Sequence record: SRR2962707_1476
Direction: 5' to 3' (one strand)
DNA length: 50,884 nt
Both the position numbers and the translations under genes were made by a program. The notes under the pieces are model-generated. The model was not told where the DNA came from. It made no database searches and saw nothing but the letters and a program-made list of their open reading frames with translations. Below, piece by piece: positions 8,025 through 18,492 of this stretch; position 1 is the stretch's first letter, and each line of letters starts with the position of its first letter.

Positions 8025-11000
8025 ATGCGTGCGCTGATTATTTCTGTTTTTCTATTTGGGCTGATGGCAACCTCAGCGCATGCCCAACGATTTTCAGAAG
8101 ACAAGACAGAATTCAGAGCACAGGTGATTGGCAGACTGCAAGCCATTGGCACCGAATCCGCCAAGAAAATCGCCTATGATTTTCAAAACGCATGGGATGG
8201 AAAATTCACCTCTGTGCAACAAGACAGGGTGCATTCCATTGCACTGACCATGCAAAAGAAGGGATACAAGTTTTATCCTTATTTCTATCACTATTTTACT
8301 TATTTAGCTTATTCTGTCGCTCAGGAAAACTTGCAGACGGACAAGCTTTCTAAAGTATTGGAGATCAACGAGCAGGTGGTGGAAACACTCACCAAAGCAC
8401 AATACAAAGACTTTTTATTTGGCCTCAACATTTTCTTTGCAAGAAGATACTTGAGTCTTGATCACAACCTAGCTGTCCTCTCAGTTGGAGGCTCCTATAA
8501 CTTTCAACTTTTAGATGATTATATCGCTCTGCCTCAGGAAGAAGAAATATTGCAGGATGATACTACTACCTTGGTCACCGCAGAAGAAGTTGAGCAAACA
8601 GATGAACCTTCAGACTCCTGGAGCACAAGTGATAGCTGGAGTTCGGACGATTCGTGGAGTAGTTCGGATGACTCCTGGAGCTCGGACGATTCCTGGAGTA
8701 GCTCGGATGATTCTTGGAGTTCCAGTGACGACTCATGGGGCTCAAGTGATTCATGGGGAAGCGATAATAGTTGGGGAGATAGCAATGATAGCTGGGGAGA
8801 TTCCTGGGACACCAATAACCAAACGTATGAAGAAGCGACACCTACACGTCCGGATTATGCCCCAATCATTCCGGATTATCTCACATTAAAGAAATACCAA
8901 TACCTCCATCCTGAGCTGGATGGACCCATTATCGAATTACTCAATTCACAGGTGGTGATGTCAACACCTTACGACTCCCTGCGGATCAAAAATATCAATG
9001 CAAGTTTCCTTCTTAAGGATCGTACGCTTGTAGGAAAACAAGGATTAATAGAGTGGCCGGGAAGAAACCAAAATTTTAGAGGTGCCTCCGTTCAGCTATC
9101 AGATTTCCATATTCGGAAGGATCGTTCAGACTGGTGGACTCCTAACGCAAAGCTACAATTTGACAAGTTGGTAGCAGGCCAGGTAGAAGGAGTATTTGAA
9201 TACAAGAGTGTCCCCAGACCTAAAAGGGCAATGAGTAGATACCCAATATTTACCTCCAATAAAGCAGATGTCACAGTTAAGCTTAGCGACGACAAATTGA
9301 GCTATACAGGAGGGGTTCAGCTGCAGGGAAACAAACTGTTTGGCAGATCGATATCCAGAGAGTATGGCACTCTGAAGATTTTGGATGGCAAAGGAAATAC
9401 GGTGGTTCTGAAGTCTAAAAACTTCATTTTAGGAGACTCATTGGTATCAATGGAAAATGGCTCTTTTACGCTTTTGCATGGCAGTGATTCAATTTACCAT
9501 AAAGAAGTTCGTGCCAAGTTTGATATCAATACAAGGGAATTGCAAGTGCTTAGAAACAGCTCATTAACTCCCTATCGATCGTCGTATTTTGATGTAACAA
9601 TGAACGTTGATTTGATCAAGTGGGACATGCAAGTAGATTCATTTGCACTTGAGATCATGAATGGCAAAGACTTGATACCTGCCTCATTTGAGTCAGAAGA
9701 TTTTTTCGATGAGCTCAGGTATAAAAAAGTAGCCAGGTTCCTGGATTTCCACCCTATCAATGCGGCGGTGAGTTATGCCCTTAAATATGATCTGGAAGAG
9801 TTCTATGTTGGTGAGTTAGCAATGGAATATGAGATTGATGAGCGTTTTGCAAAGGGTGCCGGTAAAATTCTATCCCAGTATGGATTTGCAGCTTACAACG
9901 CTGAGACAGGTCACTTGAAATTGTACCCCAAGGCATTTCACTATTTCAATTCATCCGCTCAAAAAGTAGATTATGACAATTTAATGGTTCCTTCCAGGAT
10001 TAAAAACGGTTCAAATGCTCACATCCGTTTGGATAGTGGACAATTGAATATTCGCGGCGTGAGCAGATTCTACCTGACTACCGATTTCAAGATTTACGTA
10101 GAGCCGCAAGACAGCACCATAACCTTACTAAAGGGAAGAAATCTCGAATTTGATGGGATGGTACATGCTGGAGATTTCCAATATAAGGGTGTTGGGCATC
10201 AATTTGATTACGAAGAGTTTCTTGTGAACATGCCTCAGATTGATTCCATGAGATTGACTGTTCCATTGCGTGACTCAACAAATGCCGAGGCAGGTTATGA
10301 GACTGCCACGCTTCAGAATAAACTTACCGAAACGTCTGGAACACTCTACATTGATCGTAAGGAGAATAAGTCAGGAGTTATCAAAAACAACAGCTACCCT
10401 TACTTCATTTCTGATAGTGAAGCAGTCGTATATTTTGATGGCAAAGAAGTATTGAATGGTGCGTATGATAAATCTGTAAGATTCATCATTCCGCCCTTTG
10501 AGATGGATAGTCTGGAAAGGGAAGATGGAGAGTCAATAAGCTTTGAAGGAACGTTTAACTCCGGAGGTATTTTCCCTACATTCCCGGAGACCTTGCACAT
10601 TCAGGAGGATCGATCATTGGGATTTATTCACCAAATACCTGCAGAAGGGTATAACCTATATGGTACAGAGGCAAAGACCTATGAAGAAATCCATTTGAGT
10701 AACAAAGGAATGAGAGGGTACGGACAGATCGACTTCCTGACCACCACGATCTATTCTGATGACTTTATTTACTATCCGGATTCAGTAACAACCGATGGAA
10801 CAGCAGGTGTCATCTCTCCGGGAACTTATAAAGGAGCCAGCTATCCTGAAGCTGTATTGGGTGCCTATGACATGTACTGGCTGCCAAGGAAAGACAGTAT
10901 GTATCTTCGGTCGGTCGGAGAACCATTTAAATTTTATAACTCAACAGCAGAGTTAACTGGTGAAGCAAACATCACAACACAAGGCGTATATGGTGGAGGA

Positions 11001-12977
11001 ACTATGCTGACCAGAGGATCAAAATCTGTATCCAGTGAGTTGAGCTTCCAGCAGTATACCTATGGTGCAAGGCATGCGGCCTTCGAAGTACTTACAGATG
11101 ATCCAGAAAAACCAGCTATGGCGGGAGATGACATTCGATTGGATTTCGATTTGAACAACAATACGGCCACTGTAAGACCGGAAAAAGTGGGTGTTGCTGC
11201 CATTTCTTTCCCATATGCTCAGATGAAAACGTCCATTACAGAAGCAGTTTGGGATCTGGAAGATTCTGTGGTTATCATGACCAAACCTCCTAATATCCCA
11301 TTGGAGGATTCGTATTTCTTCACTACCAGGGAAGATCTGGATTCATTGGCGTTTAATGCTGAACGAGCAGAGTACGACATCAACACTCAGGAGCTGAATG
11401 TACAGGGGATTCCATTCATTATTGTAGCCGATTCCAAGATTATTCCTGAAGGCAATGAAACCACCATTCTTGCTAATTCCGTCTTGCAGGAGTTCAAAAA
11501 TGCAGAGATCATCATTGATACGCTCAATGGCTACCACTATTTGGACCGGGCAAACATTCGTGTGATCTCAAGAAACAAATTCGAGGGCAATGCCTATTAC
11601 CAGCAAATTGTAGATAAAGATACGTTTGATATTCGCTTCGATAGTTTCGAGCTTCAGGAGGTACCTGTCGGTGAGCCTGATAGAAGAGGCAGGGTTCAAA
11701 CAAGGCAGATGACCGTTTCCGGCGGTGAGGTAGAGGAGAACCTTAACCTGATAATTTCTCCAGGATTTCTATATAAAGGTTCAGTGACAATGTATGCATC
11801 CAAACAAGCACTTGAACTGGATGGATCAGTCAAGTTAATGTTGAGTGATCCAGAATACAATAAATGGGTAAAATTTAAGCGAGAGGAAGGTGAAAGAAAC
11901 GTTCAACTGCCTGTAGATAATGCAGTATTTGATGATGGATCCATCGTAGTTAGTGGTATTCACTCCAACATTCGTGATGAGCTCTACACCACCTTTATTG
12001 ACTCAAAGGCCAATTCTGCTGATAAGGACTTTTTTCGGGCAAAAGGCATGTTGAGTTTTAATGATTCTCTCAACCTGTATCGTATTGAAACACCAAGTAA
12101 AACCACGGGAGATACCTATGCAGGTACCTCAATGATTTATAATGATAGTACCAAGTCCATGATTTTTGAGGGAATGGCCACATTCATTGACCCACTCAAC
12201 ACCCAGGTGCAGGTGAGTTCATCAATTCTTGGAACCGGAAATGCTGAGACGATGGATTTAGATATTGATGCCATGATGTCCATCACCATGCCTGCCCCAT
12301 CTTCTGCCATGGAATTGATGGCAGTCGACTTATTAGATATTATCGAACGTATCGGACCACCATTGGCTAATGATATTTCCATTGAACTGTTGTATAAACT
12401 CGCCAATTACCTGGATGAAAATTCTGCTAGGTATTATGAGGAAAATAGTTTAAAGGACTATGTGCCTCTCGTTTCCGTATCTAGGGCTATGGAAAGTTCC
12501 ATTTTTATTTCAGGTGTAAAAATGAAGTGGAACAAGGATCAAAAGGCATGGCACAATACCACGAAGTTGGCCATCTCAAACATTTTCCAAAATGACATCA
12601 ACGCGAAGCTTGATGGCTTTCTTGAAATCAAAAAGGATGAGACTGGCGCAGATGTGGTGAGCTTATTCATTCAAGCTGCTCCGGGCGTATGGTATTACAT
12701 GGGCTATACCACTAACCAACTTATTCTATATTCTTCAAATGCAAAGTTCAACGAAGAGGTTAGAGGGAAATCAAATGTTGAAAGTTCAAAACCTGGCGAA
12801 CTTGTTTTAGCCATTGGGGATGAGAATGAAACGCTGAGTTTCATCAATGCTTTCCGATTGAACTATTTCGGAATTACTGAACCTTATAACCTGATTTCTC
12901 CTGATGATATTCAGGTTGAGGACGAAAACTTTGACACCATCAAGAAGGACGATGACGATGGTTTCGGGTTTGAATAA
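8025..12977 (+). CDS. Large (1650 aa) secreted beta-rich protein of unknown function with a Trp/Ser/Asp repeat insert and acidic C-tail
   Basis: Long ORF, Sec signal ending SAHA-Q, alternating beta-strand pattern; no family recognised with certainty. Confidence 0.85.
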   Translation: MRALIISVFLFGLMATSAHAQRFSEDKTEFRAQVIGRLQAIGTESAKKIAYDFQNAWDGKFTSVQQDRVHSIALTMQKKGYKFYPYFYHYFTYLAYSVAQENLQTDKLSKVLEINEQVVETLTKAQYKDFLFGLNIFFARRYLSLDHNLAVLSVGGSYNFQLLDDYIALPQEEEILQDDTTTLVTAEEVEQTDEPSDSWSTSDSWSSDDSWSSSDDSWSSDDSWSSSDDSWSSSDDSWGSSDSWGSDNSWGDSNDSWGDSWDTNNQTYEEATPTRPDYAPIIPDYLTLKKYQYLHPELDGPIIELLNSQVVMSTPYDSLRIKNINASFLLKDRTLVGKQGLIEWPGRNQNFRGASVQLSDFHIRKDRSDWWTPNAKLQFDKLVAGQVEGVFEYKSVPRPKRAMSRYPIFTSNKADVTVKLSDDKLSYTGGVQLQGNKLFGRSISREYGTLKILDGKGNTVVLKSKNFILGDSLVSMENGSFTLLHGSDSIYHKEVRAKFDINTRELQVLRNSSLTPYRSSYFDVTMNVDLIKWDMQVDSFALEIMNGKDLIPASFESEDFFDELRYKKVARFLDFHPINAAVSYALKYDLEEFYVGELAMEYEIDERFAKGAGKILSQYGFAAYNAETGHLKLYPKAFHYFNSSAQKVDYDNLMVPSRIKNGSNAHIRLDSGQLNIRGVSRFYLTTDFKIYVEPQDSTITLLKGRNLEFDGMVHAGDFQYKGVGHQFDYEEFLVNMPQIDSMRLTVPLRDSTNAEAGYETATLQNKLTETSGTLYIDRKENKSGVIKNNSYPYFISDSEAVVYFDGKEVLNGAYDKSVRFIIPPFEMDSLEREDGESISFEGTFNSGGIFPTFPETLHIQEDRSLGFIHQIPAEGYNLYGTEAKTYEEIHLSNKGMRGYGQIDFLTTTIYSDDFIYYPDSVTTDGTAGVISPGTYKGASYPEAVLGAYDMYWLPRKDSMYLRSVGEPFKFYNSTAELTGEANITTQGVYGGGTMLTRGSKSVSSELSFQQYTYGARHAAFEVLTDDPEKPAMAGDDIRLDFDLNNNTATVRPEKVGVAAISFPYAQMKTSITEAVWDLEDSVVIMTKPPNIPLEDSYFFTTREDLDSLAFNAERAEYDINTQELNVQGIPFIIVADSKIIPEGNETTILANSVLQEFKNAEIIIDTLNGYHYLDRANIRVISRNKFEGNAYYQQIVDKDTFDIRFDSFELQEVPVGEPDRRGRVQTRQMTVSGGEVEENLNLIISPGFLYKGSVTMYASKQALELDGSVKLMLSDPEYNKWVKFKREEGERNVQLPVDNAVFDDGSIVVSGIHSNIRDELYTTFIDSKANSADKDFFRAKGMLSFNDSLNLYRIETPSKTTGDTYAGTSMIYNDSTKSMIFEGMATFIDPLNTQVQVSSSILGTGNAETMDLDIDAMMSITMPAPSSAMELMAVDLLDIIERIGPPLANDISIELLYKLANYLDENSARYYEENSLKDYVPLVSVSRAMESSIFISGVKMKWNKDQKAWHNTTKLAISNIFQNDINAKLDGFLEIKKDETGADVVSLFIQAAPGVWYYMGYTTNQLILYSSNAKFNEEVRGKSNVESSKPGELVLAIGDENETLSFINAFRLNYFGITEPYNLISPDDIQVEDENFDTIKKDDDDGFGFE
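8613..8807 (+). repeat. Degenerate coding tandem repeat (mostly 18/21-bp units) encoding 11 x [D/N]SW
   Basis: Units such as GACTCCTGGAGCTCGGAC and GATTCCTGGAGTAGCTCGGAT; peptide DSWSTSDSWSSDDSWSSSDDSW...GDSW. Confidence 0.92.
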
Positions 12978-13042
12978 ACCAGTTACTCTGAAGGCGATAT
13001 CAGGTATCTTGGCCTATCCTTTATTCTCTAATTCGCTTCAAT

Positions 13043-13050
13043 TAAGTTTG
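13043..13050 (+). promoter_or_regulatory. Bacteroidota -7 promoter element (TAAGTTTG) for the peptidase-dsbD-M23 operon
   Basis: Exact TAnnTTTG 16 nt before ATG 13067, followed by an A-rich leader. Confidence 0.6.
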
Positions 13051-13066
13051 CCAAAAAATAAACAAT

Positions 13067-14434
13067 ATGAGTGCATTAACCTATATAGAAGAAAACAAGG
13101 ACAAATTTCTTGACGAGCTATTAGATCTGCTCCGAATTCCATCTGTTAGCGCTGATTCTAAATTCAAAGGAGATGTGAGAAAAGCAGCGGAATTTCTAAA
13201 GGCAAGGTTTGATGACCTTGGTACTCACGTGGAAATCTGCGAAACAGCTGGCCACCCCATTGTGTATGCAGAGCACATTATAGATCCCAATCTTCCAACT
13301 GTATTGGTGTATGGACACTATGACGTGCAGCCAGCAGATCCATATGAACTTTGGCACTCACCCCCATTCGAGCCAGTTGTGAAGAATGAAAGAATATATG
13401 CACGTGGATCGGCCGATGATAAGGGCCAGGTATACATGCACGTGAAGGCCTATGAAGCATTGATCAAATCTGACAGCCTTCCATGCAACGTCAAGTTCAT
13501 GATTGAAGGAGAAGAAGAAGTAGGGTCAGAAAACCTTGAAATTTTCGTTCGGGCCAATAAAGAAAAACTGGCTGCTGATGTTATTCTCATTTCTGACACT
13601 CACATCATCAGCAATGACACTCCATCCATCACTGTAGGGTTAAGAGGCTTGAGTTACCTGGAAGTAGAGGTTACGGGACCTAACAGGGATTTACATTCAG
13701 GGACATTCGGAGGAGCGGTTGGCAATCCAATCAATACACTTTGCCAAATGATCGCGTCGCTTCAAAATGAGAAAGGTGAGATCACCATTCCAGGATTCTA
13801 TGACAAGGTGGAAACCCTTTCCGATGAATACAGAGCAAAGATGAACAAAGCACCATTCAACCTTGAACATTTCAAGAAAGATCTGGATATAGCAGCTGAA
13901 AAAGGTGAAGAAGGATATACTACTGTAGAAAGAACCGGAATTCGCCCGACTTTGGATGTAAACGGCATATGGGGAGGATATATTGGTGAAGGAGCGAAGA
14001 CTGTTTTGCCATCAAAGGCCTATGCTAAAATCTCCATGAGATTGGTACCAAACCAGGGCAGCAAGGAGATCACAGAATTGTTTAGCAACCACTTTAACAG
14101 CATCGCACCGAAGCATGTGAAAGTGAAAGTTTCACCGCATCATGGTGGTGAGCCTTCTGTTATTCCGACCACTTCAATTGGATACAAAGCTGCCGCGAAA
14201 GCAATGGAAAAAACCTGGGGAAAAGAACCCATTCCTACCCGAGAAGGAGGCAGTATTCCAATCGTGGCATTATTTCAGGAAGTATTGGGGCTTGACTCTA
14301 TTCTCATGGGATTCGGATTGCAGGAAGATGCCATTCACTCACCAAATGAAAGCTATGGGTTGTTCAACTATTACCGTGGCATTGAAACGATTTCTCATTT
14401 CTATCAGTTCTTCACTGAAATGTCAAAATCATAG
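13067..14434 (+). CDS. M20-family dipeptidase
   Basis: YGHYDVQP, RGSADDKGQ, EGEEE, DLHSG, IHSPNE. Confidence 0.92.
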   Translation: MSALTYIEENKDKFLDELLDLLRIPSVSADSKFKGDVRKAAEFLKARFDDLGTHVEICETAGHPIVYAEHIIDPNLPTVLVYGHYDVQPADPYELWHSPPFEPVVKNERIYARGSADDKGQVYMHVKAYEALIKSDSLPCNVKFMIEGEEEVGSENLEIFVRANKEKLAADVILISDTHIISNDTPSITVGLRGLSYLEVEVTGPNRDLHSGTFGGAVGNPINTLCQMIASLQNEKGEITIPGFYDKVETLSDEYRAKMNKAPFNLEHFKKDLDIAAEKGEEGYTTVERTGIRPTLDVNGIWGGYIGEGAKTVLPSKAYAKISMRLVPNQGSKEITELFSNHFNSIAPKHVKVKVSPHHGGEPSVIPTTSIGYKAAAKAMEKTWGKEPIPTREGGSIPIVALFQEVLGLDSILMGFGLQEDAIHSPNESYGLFNYYRGIETISHFYQFFTEMSKS

Positions 14435-14436
14435 CC

Positions 14437-16404
14437 ATGAGAAGGTTTCTGGTATCAGCACTAATCATTCTTGCATCTGTTTCGCTGTACGGACAGGTAT
14501 TGCGCCCAATAAGCTGGAATGTGAAACTTTCAACTACGGCACCAGCAGTAGGAGAAGAAGTTACCCTTGAGTTTAAGGCTAAGATTGATGAGAAATGGTA
14601 TCTCTATTCTTCGGATTTCGATCCGGACCTGGGCCCGATGATCACCGAGTTTTTCTTCGAAGCTAATGATACCTATGAACTGGTTGGTGAAATTGAACCC
14701 GTGAACCCGAAAAAGAAATACGACTCGTTATGGGAAGGTGAATACACCTATTTCAAAGGTGAGGGGCTATTTCGGCAGAAGGTGAAAATCCTCAAGGAAG
14801 ACTTCAAAATAAGTGGGAATTATACCTACCAGGTTTGCTCGGATATTGACGGGAAATGTATTCCTTTCGATGATGAATTCAGCCTGAGTCCAAAGGACCA
14901 GAAGAAAGCGGCAACAAAAAAAAAGCCCGAACTAAAAAAGGATCAGGAGGAAGGTAGCCTTTGGTCCATTCTTATCACCGCCTTCATTGCCGGGCTGATT
15001 GCCCTGCTTACCCCTTGCGTATATCCAATGATTCCCATTACTGTTTCAATTTTCCTGAAACAGAGTAAATCCAAATCAGAAGGAATCGGCAAGGCACTGA
15101 TTTATGGTATTTCCATAATTGTTTTCTTCAGTCTACTCGGATTTCTTATTTCATTGATCTGGGGCTTTACTGCACTGAATGAACTCAGTACGCACTGGCT
15201 GTTTAACCTTATCATTTTTTCAGTGTTTGTGTTTTTTGCGCTATCCTTCTTTGGATTATTTGAAATGACACTCCCTTCAGGGTTGGTCAACAAAATTGAT
15301 CGTCAGGCAGATAGGGGTGGTTTGATTGGCATTTTCTTCATGGCCATCACCCTGGTGCTCGTGAGTTTTTCTTGCACCTTCCCGATTGTGGGAACAGCAC
15401 TCATCAACACATTGAGTGGAGGAAGTGTATTGGAAGGCACGATGGCAATGTTTGGCTTCTCCTTGGCTTTTGCCATTCCTTTCACCGGATTTGCCATTTT
15501 CCCCGCATGGTTGAAAACCATGCCACAATCCGGTGGTTGGATGAATGTCGTAAAAGTGGTACTCGGATTTTTGGAGCTGGCACTCGCTCTTAAGTTTTTG
15601 AGTGTTGCTGATCTGGCCTATCACTGGGGAATTCTTGATCGTGAAGTATTCATTGCTTTGTGGATTGCTATTTTCGGGTTGTTAGGACTTTATCTCATTG
15701 GTAAAATCAAACTGAATAGTGATGATGACAGTCCGAAAATCTCAGTTGCCAGGTTAATTCTGGCTATTTGTACTTTTTCGTTTGTGGTGGCATTGATTCC
15801 GGGCTTGTGGGGAGCACCTCTGAAATCATTGGGCGGTTTTCTGCCACCAATGAGCACACACAACTTCAACCTTTTGAAAGCAGAAGCAGGAGGTTTTACC
15901 TGTGAAGAGCCATTGCACAGCAGCATTCTTGAGTGGCCGCATGGATTGGAAGGCTACTTCGATTACGAGCAGGCGCTGGCATGTGCCAGGGAACAAGGAA
16001 AACCGATATTCATTGATTTTACCGGTCATGGTTGTGTCAATTGCAGGGAAATGGAACAGCGGGTATGGTCTGATCCGGCAGTTCTGAAGAGGCTGAGTCA
16101 GGATTTTGTATTGGTCGCATTATATGTTGATGACAGGACGGTTTTACCTGAATCCAAATGGTATAATTCTACGTTTGATGGAAGAACGAAAAAGACCATA
16201 GGACAACAAAATGCAGACTTTCAAATCACAAGGTTCAACAACAATGCGCAACCTTATTATGTACTTCTCAACGATGAGGGGAGACCACTAATGGAGCCGA
16301 GAGCATATGATTTGAGCATTCCTGGATTTGTCGATTTTCTTGATCAAGGCTTGGAAAATCACCGAAATGGGGCAGTTTTGCAGATAGATCAACCAATTCA
16401 ATGA
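14437..16404 (+). CDS. dsbD: Thiol:disulfide interchange protein DsbD family
   Basis: N-terminal domain with QVC...KC, transmembrane TPCVYP and SFSCT, C-terminal thioredoxin CVNC. Confidence 0.9.
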   Translation: MRRFLVSALIILASVSLYGQVLRPISWNVKLSTTAPAVGEEVTLEFKAKIDEKWYLYSSDFDPDLGPMITEFFFEANDTYELVGEIEPVNPKKKYDSLWEGEYTYFKGEGLFRQKVKILKEDFKISGNYTYQVCSDIDGKCIPFDDEFSLSPKDQKKAATKKKPELKKDQEEGSLWSILITAFIAGLIALLTPCVYPMIPITVSIFLKQSKSKSEGIGKALIYGISIIVFFSLLGFLISLIWGFTALNELSTHWLFNLIIFSVFVFFALSFFGLFEMTLPSGLVNKIDRQADRGGLIGIFFMAITLVLVSFSCTFPIVGTALINTLSGGSVLEGTMAMFGFSLAFAIPFTGFAIFPAWLKTMPQSGGWMNVVKVVLGFLELALALKFLSVADLAYHWGILDREVFIALWIAIFGLLGLYLIGKIKLNSDDDSPKISVARLILAICTFSFVVALIPGLWGAPLKSLGGFLPPMSTHNFNLLKAEAGGFTCEEPLHSSILEWPHGLEGYFDYEQALACAREQGKPIFIDFTGHGCVNCREMEQRVWSDPAVLKRLSQDFVLVALYVDDRTVLPESKWYNSTFDGRTKKTIGQQNADFQITRFNNNAQPYYVLLNDEGRPLMEPRAYDLSIPGFVDFLDQGLENHRNGAVLQIDQPIQ

Positions 16405-17726
16405 GAAAAACCAGCGTTTGGCTAATCATTACGGGAGTCACCATCGCCATTGGCACGGCACTTTACTACAACCCTCTGTCATCGAAACCATCCGACGAGG
16501 AGATAGTGGATATTGTTATCGATACAGCTGATTTATACATCCCAACCCTTTACTACGGCATTCCTGTAGATTCATTTGAAATAGCTGAAGGCAGAGTGAG
16601 ATGGAATCAGAATCTGTCCGAGATTTTAACAGATTACAATATTTCATACCAGGACTTGCACCTTTTATCTCAGCGAGCCAGAGATGTTTATGATGTGAGA
16701 AAGCTCAAAGCAGGGGCTAATTACTCCATCATCCACAACCGTGACTCACTTCGTACCGCGCGTCAATTCATTTTTGAGCCATCCCAAACCGAATATGTCA
16801 TTTACAATTTTGCAGATTCGATTTATGCGGAGTTGCAGCAAAAACCTATTGAAATAATAGAACGTTCTTTTGCTGCAGAGATCAATTCGTCATTGTACAA
16901 TGCCATTTTGGATCAGGGATCTTCACCACTCCTGGTAAATCAACTGGTTGACGTTTTTGCCTGGCAGGTTGACTTTTTCCGGATCGCCCAAGGGGATAAA
17001 TTCAAAATCATCTATGAGGAAGAAAGAGTTGACGGGGAAATTGTAGGCATTCGAAATATCAAAGGAGCTTACTTCGAACATTGGGGCAAGCCTTACTATG
17101 CAATACCATTCAATACCGGTGAAAAGAACGATTATTTTGATGAAGAAGGAAACAGCTTAAGAAAAACCTTCTTACGTGCACCTTTGAACTACAGCAGAAT
17201 TAGTTCACGATATTCTCCAAGAAGATTTCATCCGGTCCAAAAAAGATACAAAGCCCATCTAGGGACGGATTATGCAGCCCCAACCGGCACGCCAATTCGA
17301 ACCGTCGGTGACGGAGTGGTCCTGGAAGCTCGTTACCATGGAGGAAATGGTAATTATGTGAAAATAAGGCACAACAGCAACTACACAACTCAATACTTAC
17401 ACATGTCGAAAATTGCCAAGGGTATCCGTCCGGGAGTTCATGTAAAACAAGGTACCACCATCGGTTACGTGGGCAGTACAGGACTAGCCAATGGTCCACA
17501 CCTATGTTTCAGGTTTTGGAAAAACGGCAGACAAGTGGATGCACTAAAAGTGGATCTGCCCTCATCAAGTGGAATTGATTCAACTCAAATAGTAGGTTTC
17601 AGGATCGTTAGCGACTCAATCAGAACCCTTCTGGATAGAATGCCATTTGAAATAGAAGAGGAACTATTGGCTGAAGTTCCCGAAAATACTGCGGTTTTAC
17701 TGGAAATCGGGCCAAGCCAGGACTGA
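16401..17726 (+). CDS. M23-family peptidoglycan DD-endopeptidase (MepM-like)
   Basis: N-terminal anchor, RISSRY..RRFHPV, HLGTD (HxxxD), YLHMS, GPHLC in place of HxH. Confidence 0.9.
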   Translation: MRKTSVWLIITGVTIAIGTALYYNPLSSKPSDEEIVDIVIDTADLYIPTLYYGIPVDSFEIAEGRVRWNQNLSEILTDYNISYQDLHLLSQRARDVYDVRKLKAGANYSIIHNRDSLRTARQFIFEPSQTEYVIYNFADSIYAELQQKPIEIIERSFAAEINSSLYNAILDQGSSPLLVNQLVDVFAWQVDFFRIAQGDKFKIIYEEERVDGEIVGIRNIKGAYFEHWGKPYYAIPFNTGEKNDYFDEEGNSLRKTFLRAPLNYSRISSRYSPRRFHPVQKRYKAHLGTDYAAPTGTPIRTVGDGVVLEARYHGGNGNYVKIRHNSNYTTQYLHMSKIAKGIRPGVHVKQGTTIGYVGSTGLANGPHLCFRFWKNGRQVDALKVDLPSSSGIDSTQIVGFRIVSDSIRTLLDRMPFEIEEELLAEVPENTAVLLEIGPSQD

Positions 17727-17808
17727 CCCCAAACGTGCGAATACCTGATATATTCTTTAATTTTTGAATTTATTTGCATTATTTTGGCTTAAATCATCCA
17801 AAAGTCGA

Positions 17809-18483
17809 ATGCGAAACGTATTCATTGCCACCTTATTATCGCTAGTTACGCTTTCTGTGCTGAAAGCTCAAAGTTCTGATACCCTGGTCACAGTCTCTGG
17901 TAAGATGCTGAAAGCGCAGGATTCAACCTCAATCACCGGTAATATCCTCTATGAAAAACTTCCCTATTACGACGATATGGGAATGGCTACAGTTAGTGCC
18001 GACGGCACCTTCCTGATTCAGCTGATACAAGGAGAGACCTATAATTTTTCTGTTTCCAAGCCAGGTTTTCGAAAGTATGAAAATCAGGTAACGGCCTCTG
18101 GAAATCAGGTCATGAATATCTATGTTGAGGAAGACATTGTGGAATTAAGGAAATTGGAAAACCTGCTGTTTGCCAGCTCCAGTGATCGAATTAATGCTTC
18201 TTCTTATGAAGAATTGGATGGTTTGGCACAATGGTTGAATGACAATCCAAGTATTGTGATTCAATTGGAAGGACATACAGATTTCTCAGGGAACGCTGAA
18301 GCTAACCTGAGACTATCACAAGCACGGGTTGAAGCCGTGAAAGAATACCTCATTGATAAGAAAGTCAAAAAGAGCAGAATATTTACTAAAGCCTTTGGAG
18401 GCACTCAGCCAGTCACTCAGGAAAGAACACCTGAAGCCAGAGCGCTTAACCGCCGAGTAGAAGTAAGAGTTATCCGCCGCTAA
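17809..18483 (+). CDS. OmpA-C-domain periplasmic protein with N-terminal carboxypeptidase-regulatory-like domain (start revised to ATG 17809)
   Basis: Signal peptide MRNVF...LKA-Q; GHTD, NLRLSQARVEAV, LNRRVE. Confidence 0.88.
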   Translation: MRNVFIATLLSLVTLSVLKAQSSDTLVTVSGKMLKAQDSTSITGNILYEKLPYYDDMGMATVSADGTFLIQLIQGETYNFSVSKPGFRKYENQVTASGNQVMNIYVEEDIVELRKLENLLFASSSDRINASSYEELDGLAQWLNDNPSIVIQLEGHTDFSGNAEANLRLSQARVEAVKEYLIDKKVKKSRIFTKAFGGTQPVTQERTPEARALNRRVEVRVIRR

Positions 18484-18492
18484 TAAGAAGTT

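Noticed and set aside
8613-8807. Possible CRISPR array or non-coding repeat
   Set aside because: Units are in-frame 18/21-mers with synonymous variation, have no unique spacers, and no cas genes are present.
8515-8889. Alternative-frame and antisense ORFs over the repeat (e.g. QESSELL repeats)
   Set aside because: Shadows of the DSW coding repeat inside the 1650-aa gene.
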